Shown: positions 25,101 to 40,590, counted from the stretch's first letter. The stretch: DNA of 64,000 nucleotides from Centroscyllium fabricii (GCA_051313645.2 JBNRSN020000006.1:93992001-94056000); one strand, 5' to 3'. Made by a program: numbers and translations. The notes: generated by a model from the sequence alone, not told the origin.

Positions 25101-28100
25101 GATGGTCACGTTGTCCAGGTAAGGGAAGGTGGCCCGCAACTCGTTCTGGTCAACCATGCGGTCCATCTCCCGTTGGAACACTGACACTCCGTTGGTCACG
25201 CCGAAGGGGACCCGGAGGAAGTGGTAGAGCCGACCGTTCGCCTCGAAGGCGGTGTATGGGCGGTCGGCTTTCCGGATCGGGAGCTGGTGATACGCCGACT
25301 TAAGGTCGATCGTGGAGAACACCTTATGTTGGCCGATCTGATTGACCATGTCCGAGATGCGGGGGAGGGGGTAGGCGTTGAGCCCGGTGTAGCGGTTGAT
25401 GGTCTGGCTGTAATCGATAACCAGCCGCTGTTTCTCGCCAGACTTCACCACTACTACCTGGACCCGCCAGGGGCTGGTGCTGGCTTCAATTATCCCCTCC
25501 TTCAGCATACGCCCGACCTGATAAACGTGCGATCCCCCACATTGTACCGCCGACTCTTTGTAGCAATAGGTTTTCACTTGGGGTCGAGGTTGGCGAACAG
25601 TGAGGGGGGGTCGATTTTCAGGGTGGAGAGGCCGCAGGCCGGGCTCCGCTTTGGGAAGGGACTGTCCCGGCTACTGACGGTGAGGGGGGGGCAAGGTCCC
25701 GCCGAACTCCATTGTCACGCTCTTGAGGTGGCACTGGAAATCCAGACCTAGTAAGGCTGGGGCACACAACTGCTTGAGGGTGTACAATTTAAAATTACGG
25801 TACACGCACCCCTTGACTGTGAGCGTGACGGAGCAGTAGCCGGTGACGTCCGCGGTGTGGGACTGTGAAGCAAGGGAGACTTGGTAGTTCGTGGGCAGGA
25901 TCTGCAGTCCACAGCGCTGCACTGTATCGGGGTGCACAAAACTCTCCGTGCTTCCAGTGTCAAACAGGCAATTGGTAATATGGCCGTTTATTTTAATTGG
26001 CATGATCGAATTTGAAAGGTTGTGCGGCCTATCCTGGTCCACTTTGGGTATAGCTGAGGCCGAAGTGTGCCTTTGTGTGTGGGGGCCCCCTGCTGGTTGG
26101 GGCTGTACACAAAATGGCGGCGCCCCTGGCTCGCACCTGGTGGGGCCCTGGAGACAAAATGGCGGCGCCCCTGGCTCGCACATGGTGGGGCCCTGGAGAC
26201 AAAATGGCGGTGCCGAGGGGTCGCACATGGTGGGCAGCTGGAGGAGTGGTTCGCACGCGGCTGACCGCTGTGAGCGCGCTGGCGGCGCCCGTGGTTCGCA
26301 CGCAGCGGGCCGCGGTGACTGGGTTGGCGGTGCCCGTGGTTCGCACGCAGCGAGCCGCGGTGGTTGGGTTGGCGGTGCCCGTGATTCGCACGCAGCCGGC
26401 CGCGTTGGGTCTGCTGCTGGCGTTGGGGGGTCGCACTTGGCCGGCCTTTGCCGCATCGGGGTGGGAGATGGGGGCGCTTTCCTTCTACCCCCGGACCATC
26501 GCTGGATCGCGCTGCTATTGCAGCTTACCTGAGGTCTGACGGAGCTTTCACAGGCTGCGCTGTTGTACCTGGAGTTGGGCGCTGCAGGTGCTGATCTGCA
26601 GGCCTTCGCATAGTGTCCCTTTTTGGAGCACCTCTCACAGGTCGCGGTCCTTGCTGGGCATCTCGCTTGCGGGTGCAGTCCCTGGCAGCAGAAATAGCAC
26701 CGTTTGTCCTTTGTGGCTGTCGCAGCCATCGTGGGGGTCTCGACCCGTTGTGGTGCTGCCCAGGCCTGGGCCCGTTGTGGCGCGGCCCACATGTCGTAGG
26801 CCTGCGGGTTTGTGCCGCTGTACGCCTGCAGCTTATTGCGTGCTCCTTCAACGGAGTTAGCTATGGCGATCGCCTCCTCAAGAGTCAAAGAGTCCTTTTC
26901 GAGCAGCCGCTGGCGGGCTTCCACGCACCTCAGGCCAGTTACATACGCATCTCGGACAAGGAGGTTCGCCTCCTCTTCTGCTGTCCGGGCTTGGCAGCCA
27001 CAGACCCGTACCAGGGCCTGGAGCGCTTGCTCAAACTGTTCATTGGTCTCACCCGGTAGTTGTGGTCTGGTCGCGAGCACATGTCTGGCGTAGACCGAAT
27101 GGACCGGGCGCTCGTAGCATTTCCTCAGCTTTTCCACTGCCCCTGGGTAGGTTTTGGCGTCTCGGATGAGGGAGAAAACTCGGCTGGAGATCCTAGACCG
27201 GAGAACCTGCAACTTGTTCCCGTCGGTTGTAGCCTTGGCGGCGTCCATGTAGGCCTCCAGGAGACCGAACCAGTGTTCGAACGTGGTGGCGGCGGCTGTG
27301 TCCTGTGGACTGATATCCAGCTTTCCTGGCTTTACCGCACCGCTCTCCATTTCAAAAATTTTAAGTTAATAAAATTGACATATCGTCAATTGGTCTTAAT
27401 AAAAGACTGGACGAGTAGTTACCGTAACTAAAGGCTTTTATTAACTTACTTTGGAGCTACCCTCCGAACGAACATCAGAACAGAATGAGGGAGCCCCGGT
27501 CTGTCCTCACCTATAAAGGCCTCACCTGGGGGAGGAGTTAGAGGTGTGGCTGACCTGGCTCCACGACAGTATTACAGGGCTGTGTATCACACAAAGCCAA
27601 TTGTTGGCGACAATAATACAGTGGTAATAGTATATACAATATGGGTTACCACACCTAGTGAACCTTCTTTGCACTGCCTCGAGAGCAAGTATGTCCTTTC
27701 TTAAATATGGATACCAGAACGCAGTACTCCAGGTGTGGTCTCACCAATACCCTGTACAACTGCAGCAAGACCTCCCTGCTTTTATACTCCATCCCCTTAG
27801 CAATAAAAGCCAACATTCCGTTGGCCTTCCTGACCACCTGCTGCACCTGCACACTAACTTCTTTGTGTTTCCTGCACCAGGACCCCGAGATCCCTTTGCA
27901 CTGAAGTACTTTCCAGTTTCTTTCCATTTAGATAATAACTATTATTTTTCCTGCCAAAGTGCATAACTTCACACTTTCCAGTATTATATTCCATCTGCCA
28001 AATCTCTACCCACTCACTTAGTCTATCTATGTCCTTTTGCAGGTTTTTAATGTCCTCCTCACTCATCACCCTCCCTCCCATCTTTGTGTCATCCGCAAAC

Positions 28101-28145
28101 TTTGATATGTAAAGAGTTGGGGTCCCAGCACCGACCCTTGCGGAA
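22181..28145 (-). mobile_element. CR1 LINE 3' fragment split by Gypsy B (pieces 22181-22840 and 27654-28145)
   Basis: RT C-terminal motifs on both sides (LQKDIDRLSEW..WQMEYN; LGLYSLEFRRMRDDLIETYKI); (ttatgttc)n tail at ~22181-22198. Confidence 0.9.
22841..27653 (-). mobile_element. Full-length Gypsy LTR retrotransposon B (young; gag-PR-RT-RH-IN with a few lesions)
   Basis: 278-bp LTRs 27376-27653 and 22841-23118 with 3 mismatches counted; 5-bp TSD CCTAG; PPT; gag zinc knuckle, LFDTGS protease, YLDN RT, DAS RNase H, HHCC/DDE integrase. Confidence 0.97.
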
Positions 28146-28904
28146 CAAAGCTGCTGCTTTCTTTCCCTGATTTCTGCGTTAGTGTTAATTTGTGCTTTTT
28201 ATGTGATTTTGTTTCTTTCAGGTAGATGATGTTTAGTGGTATGGTGGAGCTGCTTCGGGGTGTAGGTCAAAGTTTTCATGCTTTGTGCATGGAAAATGCA
28301 AATTGTAGGAGTTGGGGTTGTGTGAATATCATGTGCTGCGCACTGTGTTCTGCTGAACACCTGCAGTCCCTTGATATTTCTTCTACTACAGCCTGAGCTT
28401 CAGACGATGATGTCCCAGTGGACCTTTTGTAGTGGGCAATGGCTACTAAAGTTTTGTCTTTGTATTACTGTATACAGAGTTGCCTTTAATAGCACACCGT
28501 TGCTGTGATTGACCTTTCAGTTTGTGTTATTGTGATGTTGTATATTGTGGCTCTGATTTTAATGACCAGCTGTAACACAAGCTCACTAGTCTGCGTCGTG
28601 AATAATACGCATGTGTTCTGGCCTCTCTCCATAGTTGCTGCCTGACCCCGAGTGCTGCAGTGTTTACAGCATTTTGTTTTAATTTTTTTTTTAAATGCAG
28701 GTAGCTACCCAAGAGGGTGTTCTTACAGGTTGTGGGCATGGTCGGTGTAATTTCTACATGAATAATCATCCAAAAAAACATGCATCACTCCTCCAGTTTT
28801 GCTTATTGCCCAACTTGCCTTACTGGATTTTACATGGGCTATCATGAAAACCAATTTGAATTCACACATTGCATTATATTAAAGGTTATATGTAAATTAT
28901 TTCT

Positions 28905-30800
<1,896 letters not shown>

Positions 30801-31084
30801 TGATATCAGCAAATAGTGATCGTAATTGCCTGTTTGATTATCTATGCCTTGCCAGCGGAGGGCATGTGACAAGAAGCAAGTTAGTTGAGTTGGAGTGTAG
30901 GATTGATCTCCAAGATGGAGTCTCACTGTAAAGAGCCTCATGTAAATCAGTAAGTTACTTGAACATACTTTAGATTAAAAAACATTCTCCTTCATCAATG
31001 TGTCGTCGTTGAATCCACATAGAAAACAATACACACTCCAACGTCCCTCTGTTCCGCTGCACAGCCACAGTAAGAATTGAGGGA

Positions 31085-34000
31085 GCTAGGTACCAGAATA
31101 AAGAGCAGGACCTCAAAAGATTGTGATCTCTGGATTACTCCCTGTGCCACGGGCTAGCGAGCATAGGAGCATGAGAATAGAGCAGATTAATGCGTGGCTA
31201 AAGAGTTGGTGCAGGAGGGAGGGCTTTAGTTTCCTGGATCACTGGGCTTGCTTCTGGGGAAGGTGGGGCTTGTACAAGCCGGACGGTTTACACCTGAACC
31301 AGAAGGGGACCAATATCCTTGCCGGGAGGTTTGCTAGCACTGTTGGGCGGGGATTTAAACTAAAACAGCAGGGTGTTGGGAACCTGAGCATGGAGACTAA
31401 GGAAAGGGAAACAAGGATAGAAGCAAAAGACAGGAAGGAGAGAAACAAAGGTCAGAGAAATCAAGGGTGGAAATCAAACATGGCCATAGTAAATAATAAT
31501 TCTAAAAGGTCTAAGAGCATTAAAAAAAAAGCCTGAAGGCTTTGTGTCTTAATGCAAGGAGCATTCATAATAAGGTGGATGAATTAGCAGCGCAAATAGA
31601 GGTTAACGGATACGATATGATTGGAATTACGGAAACATGGCTCCAGCGGGACCAAGGCTGGGAACTCAAGATCCAGGGGTATTCAATATTCAGGAAAGAT
31701 AGGCAAAAAGGAAAGGGAGGTGGGGTAACATTGCTGGTTAAAGAGGGGATTAACACAATTGTAAGGAAAGACATTGGCTCTGATGGTGTGGAATCTGTAT
31801 GGGTCGAACTGAGAAATACCAAAGGGCATAAAACGTTAGTGGGAGCGGTGTATAGACCCCCGAACAGTAATGCTGAGGTTGGGGATGGCATAAAAAGGGA
31901 AATCAGGGAAGTGTGCAATAAGGGCACAGCAGTCATCATGGGTGACTTTAATCTACATATAGATTGGACTAATCAAATCAGTAACAATACTGTGGAGGAG
32001 GAATTCATGGAGTGTATACGAGACGGTTTCCTGGACCAATATGTCGAGGAACCAACTCGGGATCAGGCCATCTTAGACTGGGTATTATGCAATGAGAAAG
32101 GATTAATTAGCAATCTTGTTGTACGAGGCCCCTTGGGTCGGAGCGATCATAATATGATCGAATTCTCACTTAAGCTGGAGAGTGAAGAAATTGACTCAGA
32201 GATTAAGGTCCTGAATTTAAGTAATGGGAACTATGATGGTATGAGACGCGAGTTGGGTAGGATTGATTGGATGGCGTCGCTCGGGGGGTTGACGGTGGAT
32301 GGACAATGGCAAACATTCAAAGATCGAATGGAAGAATTACAAAACTTGTTTATACCAGTTTGGCATAAAAATAAACCAAAAAAGGTGACTCAACCGTGGA
32401 TAACAAGGGAAATTAGAGATAACATACAATCCAAAGAGAGGGCATATAAATTGGTCAAAAAAAGCAACAGACCTGAGGATTGGGAGCAGTTTAGGATACA
32501 GCAAAGGAGGACAAAGGGATTAATTAAGAGGGGGAAAATAGATTATGAAAGTAAGCTTGCGGCGAACATAAAAACTGACTGCAAAAGCTTTTATAGATAT
32601 ATTAAGAGGAAAAGATTGGTGAAATCAAGTGTCGGTCCCTTGCAGTCCGAATTAGGGGAATATATAATGGGGAACAAGGAAATGGTAGACCAATTAAATA
32701 CATATTTTGGTTCTGTCTTCACAAAGGACACAAATAACCTCCTAGAGATGTCGGGAAACATAGGGACTAATGAGAGGGAGGAACTGATAGAAATCAGTAT
32801 ATGTAGGGATATGGTGTTGGGGAAGTTGAAGGGATTGAAGGCCGACAAATCCTCAGGGCCTGAGAATCTACATCCTAGGGTACTTAAGAAGTGGCCCTGG
32901 AGATAGCAGATGCATTGCTGATCATCTTCCAGAATTTGATTAACTCTGGAACAGTACCCATGGATTGGAGAGTAGCTAATGTTACCCCACTATTCAAAAA
33001 AGGGGGTAGAGAAAAAGCAGGTAATTATAGACCAGTAAGTCTGACATCGGTAGTGGGGAAAATGCTGGAGTCCATTATTAAAGATGTCACTTGAAAAATA
33101 GTGACAGGATCGGACTGAGTCAACATTGATTTACAAAAAGTAAATCGTGCTTGACTAATCTACTGGAATATTTTGAGGATGTAACTGGTAAAATAGATAG
33201 GGGAAAAGTGTATTTGGACTTTCAGAAAGCTTTCGATAAGGTCCCTCATAAGAGATTAGCGTGCAAAATTAAGGCTCATGGGATTGGGGGCAAGGTATTG
33301 ACTTGGATAGAGAACTAGTTGGCAGATAGAAAATAGAGAGTTGGAATAAACGGGTTGTTTTCCGAGTGGCGGGCAGTGACTAGTGAGGTACCGCAAAGAT
33401 CGGTCCTAGGACCCCAGCTGTTCACAAGATATATTAATGATCTGGATGAGGGAATTGGATGTAATATCTCCAAATTTGCAGACGACACAAAGCTGGGTGG
33501 GAGGGTATGCTGTGAGGAGGATGTCGAGAAGCTCCAATGCGATTTGGGCAGATACATGGCAAATGCACTATAATGTGGACAAATGTGAGGTTATCCACTT
33601 TGATGGCAAAAACAGGAGGGCAGATTATTATTTGAATGGCAATAGATTGGGAGATGGGGAAGTGCAAAGAGACCTGGGTGTTCTTCAGAAGGCAAATGGT
33701 ATGTTGGCCTTCGTAGCAAGAGGGTTCAAATATAAGAACAAGGATGTCTTGCTGCAGCTCTACAGGACCTTGGTGAGACCACACCTCAAGTATTGTGTGC
33801 AGTTTTGGTCACCTCATCTGAGGAAGGACGTTCTTGCCATTGAAGGAGTGCAGCCAAGATTCACCAGGCTGATACCTGGGATGGCAGGAATGACGTATGG
33901 GGAGAGATTAAGTTGATTGGGCTTATGCTCACTGGAGTTCAGACGATTGAGAGGGGATCTCATCGAAACCTATAAAATTCTTTCAGGCCTGGACAGACTG

Positions 34001-34312
34001 GATGCAGGAAGGAGGGGCCATTGTCTAAGGATAAGGGGAAAGCCATTTAGGACTGAGATGAGGGGGAATTTCTTCACTCAGAGAGTGGTGAACCTGTGGA
34101 ATTCTCTGCCACAGAACCAGTGGAGGCCGGTTCATTAAATATGTTCAAGACGGAGTTGGATATATTTCTTCAGGCTGAAGGGATCAAGGGATATGGGGAG
34201 AAGGCAGGGACAGGGTACTGAATCTGGATGATCAGCCATGATCTAATTGAATGGCGGAGCAGGCTCAAAGGGCCGAATGGCCTGCTCCTGCTCCTATCTT
34301 CTATGTTTCTAT
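31085..34312 (+). mobile_element. CR1 LINE, end of ORF1 (esterase-like) plus complete but frameshifted ORF2 (APE-RT)
   Basis: DGLHLN (ORF1); CLNARS, GITETWL, VYRPP, MGDFN, SDH (APE); NYRPVSLTS and KFADDTKL (RT); 3' tail. Confidence 0.95.
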
Positions 34313-34319
34313 CTCAGTA

Positions 34320-34835
34320 TCCTACCATTTATTGTGTATTCCCTTGCCTCGATTGCCCTCCCCAAATGTATTATCACACACTTCTAAAGATTGAATTCCA
34401 TTTGCCACTTGTGCCACCTAACCAGTCCACTGATATCTTCCTTCAGTCTACAGCTTTCTTCCTCACTATCAACCACATGACAATTTTTTTGTATTATCTG
34501 CAAACATCTTAATCATGTCCCCTACATTGAAGTCTAAATCATTGATATACACCACAAAAAAAAGCAAGGGACCTAGTACTGGGCCCGGTGGAACCCCACT
34601 GGAAACAGCTTTCCAGTCAGAAAACCACCCGTCGTCCATTACCCTTTGCTTCCTGCCACTGAGCCAATTTTGGATCCAACTTGCCACTTTCCCGCGGATC
34701 CCATGGGCTTTTATTTTTCTGACCAACTTGCCATGTGGAACTTTGTCAAAAGCCTTGCTAAAATCCACATAGCCTACATCAAAGACGCTCCCCTTATCGA
34801 CCCTCCTTGCTATCTCTTAAAAAAATGTAATCAAG
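34320..34835 (-). mobile_element. CR1 RT internal fragment
   Basis: DFSKAFDKVPH...SGVPPGPVLGPLLF..YINDLD..MFADNTK. Confidence 0.85.
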
Positions 34836-35599
34836 TCCTTTGAATATTTTTTGTGATGCTGAAATTTAGTTTGTGTTGGAGTAGGAAACATTTCTTCATT
34901 TTTTGAGCTTCTTAGACTGAATCAAAAATTCTAAAGTGAAGATGTTGAAACAAAAAAATTACAGTAACATACAGTTTTACATAGAAATATTGCAAATTTG
35001 GCAATTTACCACACATTTTTCCTGGTCTCAGCTAAGCTCAATTACCCTGGTATCTGAATTAACTGAATTGAAGGGAGCCACCCTCTTCTCCCCTGCACCC
35101 CACCCCCCGCCCAAACCAAATAGATAAAATCAAACTGACAAGCCCCCAAACTCAGGTTTTAAATGTACGATGCCACAAAACACAATGGGAATGGAGAATA
35201 GAACAGAATATAAACATAAACTGAATTTCTTTTATTTTTTTTCTTTATTGCTACGTCAGACAGCAGAGGATTGGTGTAAGTAGCTGTGTAAAAAGAGAGA
35301 ATCTTAATTGCCCTCGAGAAGTTGGTGGTGTGAAGGTACTCGCACAGTGCTGTAGGGAGTTCCAGGATTTTGACCCAGCGACGATGAAGGAACAAGGTTA
35401 TATTTCCAAGTCAGGATGGTGTGGGAGTTGGAGGGAGACTTGGAGGTGATGGTGTTCCCATGCACCTGCTGCCTTTGTCCTTCTAGGTGGTAGAGGTCAG
35501 GGGTTTGGGAGACGCGGTCAAAGAAGCCTTGGTGAGTTGCTTGCAGTGCAACTTGTAGATGGTACACACTGCAGCCACGGTGCGTCAGTTGTGGAGAGG

Positions 35600-35945
35600 C
35601 AGTGGCCCTGAGTGCAGCGGCAGCGAGGAGTGGCGGTACAAAAGGCTGTAGCACTAGGTAGGCCTCATAGAGGCAGCAGACCGGAGTGCAGCGGCAGCAA
35701 GGAGCGGCGGTACAAAAGACGGCAGCACCAGGTAGGCCCCACAGAGGCAGCGGACCTGAGTGGAGCGGCGGCGGCAGCACAAAATGCGGGGAGCAGCAGG
35801 CAGACCTCACAGAGGCAGTGGACCTGAGTGGAGCGGCGGCAGCGGCAGTACAAAAGGCGGCAGCACCAGATAGGCCCCACAGAGGCAGTGGACTTGAGTG
35901 CAGCGGCAGCGAGGAGCGGCGGTATAAGAGGCGGCGAGGAGCAGA
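35600..35945. repeat. ~70-bp GC-rich tandem repeat (~5 copies), probably the 5' UTR of a CR1 that continues at 40596-41750
   Basis: Repeated gagtgcagcggcagc...gtacaaaag..gcagcacca..taggccccacagaggcag; CR1 ORF1/ORF2 remnants resume after Gypsy C. Confidence 0.7.
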
Positions 35946-36152
35946 CAGGGAGAGAGAGAAGTAAAAAGTAATCGAAGTGTGATGTCACCAGAAAGCAGGT
36001 GAGTGATTGGTTGGTGAGTAATTCTCCCTTTTTTCCCAAACTTAAACTCTGTGGTTCAAAGTTTCTAGGGTCTCTGTGGTGTAGCAGGGACTGCTGTTAA
36101 ACAAGAGCCCTTAAGTATATCATTTAACTGTAGTGTAATTGGTGGTATTGAT

Positions 36153-39100
36153 TGTGGTAAACCGTTATTACTGTTTACCACCAATCTGTACTGTACATAG
36201 TTCACTCTTGCCTGTTGTACATAGTTCACTGTATTGTATTGGACAGGGTCACCTCTTGTCTACTTGTCTACCTGGGAGGACTCAGCCGGCCACTCCTCCT
36301 GGCTCCACCCACATACCCAGGTATAAAGGTGGCAGCCATGTCAACCGCATGGCATTCCCAGGACCAGCTATCATCTAGACTTGTACTCCTGTTCTTGTCA
36401 ATAAAAGCCTCAGTTTCTTTTCTCCTCGTCTCACAGTAATTGATTGTGCGTCAATAAAATCGACAAGATTTTTCAACGATGGACAAAATATTAAGGCCCG
36501 ATCGTTTGGAGTTAGAATCGCAGTCCCCGGACACAGCACAGACTTTCGCGCACTGGCTCAAGTGCTTAGAATCCTTTTTGGCGAAGTCAAGCGAAACCGT
36601 CACCACGGACGCCCGGAAGCTGACAGTCCTGCAGTCTCGGGTAAGCCCGGCCATCTATACGCTGATTGAGGGCAAAAACACCTATGTGAGTGCCCTGCAA
36701 GTCCTTAAGGACCAATTCGGGGCCCCGACCAACGAGGTCTACGCTAGGCACCTCCTGCTGAGCCGAAAGCAGCAGCCCGGCGAGTCCGTTACGGACCTTA
36801 TTGCAGCGCTGCGGGTACTCAGGCGGGCCTGCCACTGTCGGCAAGTAACGGCCCAGACCAACACGGATGACCTGATCCGCGATGCTACAGTGGCGGGCAT
36901 AAACTCCACTTACACCGGCCAGTGGCTCCTGGAGCAAGACGGGCTCGATTTAAAAAGAGCTACAGCCCTGGCGCAATCGCTGGACGCAGCGTATCGGAAT
37001 CTGGAGGCGTTCGAGCAGCCGGCGACCTCGTGGACATCGCGGGTGCAGCCATCATGGGTAGGATTGACCCCCACTGCACCTCCCCCGCTAACGTTCGCAG
37101 CGGCGTCTCGGGCGCAGAAATGCTACTTCTGCAGCCTCCCTATATACCCCAGACAGCGCTGCCCCGCGAGAAACATAACGTGCTCGAGTTGCAGAAAGAA
37201 GGGCCACTACGTGAACGTCTGCAAGGCAAGATCCACCAACCCTAGCAGCGCTGCGTGTGCACCCTGGAGCGGCCATCTTACCCAACCGCATGGCAATCCT
37301 GGCAGCAGCCATCTTGGATCGGGCGGCCATCTTGAACAGGCCGTGTGTGGACTCTGGGCGCCGCCATCTTTAAACCGGTCGCCGCCATCTTTGATCCAGG
37401 CGCCGCCCGCAGTAACTCGGCCAGCCCTCCCTGCTCTTTCACAGAGAAATTTCGATGAGGATCTACTGCTGCCCCAGCTGGCCTCCATCACCCTCGACCA
37501 GTCTCGGCCCCACCAGCTCGCCAGATCGACCATGGACATCGAGGTAAACGGCCACACTGTTAACTGCCTGTTTGATTCGGGGAGTACTGAAAAAGTTTTA
37601 TCCACCCTGACACGGTGCAGCGGCTCTCCCTCACGGTACTCCCGGCGCGCCAACAGCTGAGTCGGCGGGTCCTGCGTTGTGACGTTAACGGTGCGGGGCA
37701 CTGTGTATAACCAGTTTAAACTCTTCATCCTCCCCCACCTCTGCGCTGCTGTTCTGCTCGGGCTAGATTTCCAGAGCCATCTCGATAGCGTCACCATGAA
37801 GTACGGTGGGCCCCACCCCCACTCACGGTCTGTAGCCAGCAGTTTTTAAATCAGCCGCCACGTACGGTTTGCAGCCTCTCGACCTTCAGGGTTGCCCCAT
37901 CTCCACTTTTTGCTAACCTCACCCCCGACTGCAAGCCCATAGCTACCAAGAGCATGCGCTACAGTATGGCGGATCGACTCTTCATCAAGTCGGAGGTTCA
38001 GCGCCTCCTGAAGGAGGGGGTTATTGAGGCTGGAGAGCTCAGGTTGTAGTCGTCAAGACTGGCGCAAAGCCCCGCCTGGTCATCGACTACAGCCAAACGA
38101 TCAACCGCTTTACTCAACTGGGCGCATCTCAGACATGGTTAACCAGATCGCACAGTACCGGGTATTCTCTACGATTGACCTGAAGTCGGCGTATCACCAG
38201 CTCCCCATCCGCCCCGAAGACCGTCAGTTAACTACTTTTGAGGCGAACGGCCGTCTTTACCACTTCCTCGGGGTCCCGTTTGGCGTCACCAACGGTGTGT
38301 CGGTCTTCCAACGGGAGGTGGACCTGATGGTGGACTAAAACGGGCTGCTGGCTACTTTCCCCAACCTCAACAATGTCACCATCTGCGGCCAGGACCACAA
38401 CGCCAACCTGGCAAGGTTCCTCCAGGTCGCCCAGCTCCTTAACCTCACCTATAACAAGGAGAAATGCACGTTCCGCACCACCCGCCTCGCTATCCTGGGT
38501 CGTGTTGTGGAGAATGGCATCATCGGCCCTGACCCCGAACGCATGAGACCCCTCCTGGAGCTCCTCCTCCCCCACAGTCCCAAGTCCCTGAAAAGGTGCC
38601 TGGGATTCTTTTCGTACTATGCCCAATGGGTCCCCCAGTACGCTGACAAAGCCCGCCCCCTCATTAAATCCACCTCCTTCCCCCTGGAGAACGAGGCTCG
38701 CGCGGCCTTCGACACCATTAAGTCACACATCGCCAGGGTGACCATGCACGCCGTGGATGAATCCACCCCGTTCCAGGTGGAAAGCGATGCCTCTGACTTC
38801 GCCCTGGCCACCACCCTCAATCACACGGGGAGACCGGTGGCCTTCTTTTCCTGCACACTCCAAGGCCCTGAAATCAGGCACTCATCGGTGGAAAAGGAGG
38901 CCCAGGCCATCGTGGAAGCGGTGCGGCACTGGAGACATTACCTGGCCGGTAGAAGATTTACTTTGCTCATGGACCAACGGTCAGTGGCTTTCATGTTTAG
39001 TAATAAACAGCGGGGTAAAATCAAAAATGATAAAATCTTGGTGGAGAATCGAGCTGTCCACCTATAACTACGACATCTTATATCGGCCCGGTAAACTCAA

Positions 39101-40590
39101 TGAGCCCCCGGATGCTCTATCAGCGCACAAGTGGATAGATTGCAATCCATCCACAATGACCTCTGCCACCCGGGAGTCACCCGCCTCTTCCATTTTGTTA
39201 ATTCCCGCAACCTGCCCTACTCTGTTTTGGACGTCCGGGACGTGACCAGGCGCTGCTCGACCTGCGCCGAGTGCAAACCGCACTTCTCCAGGCCAGACAG
39301 AGCTAACCGGATCAAGGCCTCCCGCCCCTTTCAGCGCCTGAGCGTTGACTTCAAAGGGCCCCTCCCCTCCACTAACCGAAACACTTACTTCCTCACAGTC
39401 ATCGAGGAGTTCTCCCGTTTTCCCTTTGCCATCCCTTGCCCGGACATGACCGCGGCCACTGCCATCAGGTGTCTGCACAGCATCTTCACCATGTTCGGCC
39501 TCCCCAACTTCATCCACAGTGACCAGGGGTCGTTGTTCATGAGCAATGAGCTGCGCCAGTACCTGCTCTCCAAGGGAGTCATGACAAGCAGGACCACCAG
39601 TTACAACCCCCGGGGCAACAGGCAGGTTGAGCGGGAGAACAGGACGGTCTGGAAGGCCATCAGCCTAGCCCTGCGGTCGAGAGGCCTCCCGGCCGCGCGC
39701 TGGCAGGAGGTCCTCCCTGATGCACTCCACTCCATTCGGTCGCTGCTCTGCACCGCGACCAACGCTACCCCTCACGAGCGGATGTTTTCCTTCCCCAGGA
39801 AATCCATCTCTGGGACCTCGCTACCATCGCGGTTGTCGTCCCCAGGGCCCGTCCTGCTTCGGAGACACGTGAGGGGCCATAAGACAGATCCCCTGGTCGA
39901 CAGGGTACAGCTCCTCCATGCCAACCCCCAATATGCCTACGTGGCGTTCCCCGACGGGCGGGAGGACACCGTCTCCATCCAAGACCTCGCACCCTCAGGT
40001 GCCCGAGACCACCACCACCCCCCCCTGTCCCCCCAACGTAACTCTCGACGCACCCTTGTTACCTCGTTTTTCTCCAGCCCCTGTAGACGGTACGCCAGAG
40101 GCCCGGGACCCTCCGATGTACATTCTTTAACTGACTATCGCCGCTCCACTGACAGCGACTGAGGATCCCGCACGGCCGCCGGCACCGCGACGGTCGCAGA
40201 GAGAGACCAGACCACCAGACAGACTTTCGTATTCTACCCCCGGCAGAACTGCTTCACCCCGCCGGACTTGATCTTAAACAAGGGGTGAATGTGGTAAACC
40301 GTTATTACTGTTTACCACCAATCTGTATTGTACATAGTTCACTCTTGCCTGTTGTACATAGTTCACTGTATTGTATTGGACAGGGTCACCTCTTGTCTAC
40401 TTGTCTACCTGGGAGGACTCAGCCGACCACTCCTCCTGGCTCCACCCACATACCCAGGTATAAAGGTGGCAGCCATGTCGACCGCATGGCATTCCCAGGA
40501 CCAGCTATCATCTAGACCTGTACTCCTGTTCTTGTCAATAAAAGCCTCAGTTACTTTTCTCCTCGTCTCGCAGTAATTGATTGTGCATCA
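36153..40590 (+). mobile_element. Full-length Gypsy LTR retrotransposon C (degenerate ORFs)
   Basis: 301-bp LTRs 36153-36453 and 40290-40590 (~7 mismatches); 5-bp TSD TTGAT; PPT aaggggtgaa; gag from 36479, then PR, RT, RH and IN in several frames. Confidence 0.97.

Noticed and set aside
25680-25695. Frame break at a C-run just after the protease in Gypsy B, C and D, suggesting a programmed frameshift
   Set aside because: Run lengths and shift directions differ between copies, which fits homopolymer slippage or sequencing error in a single gag-pol ORF.
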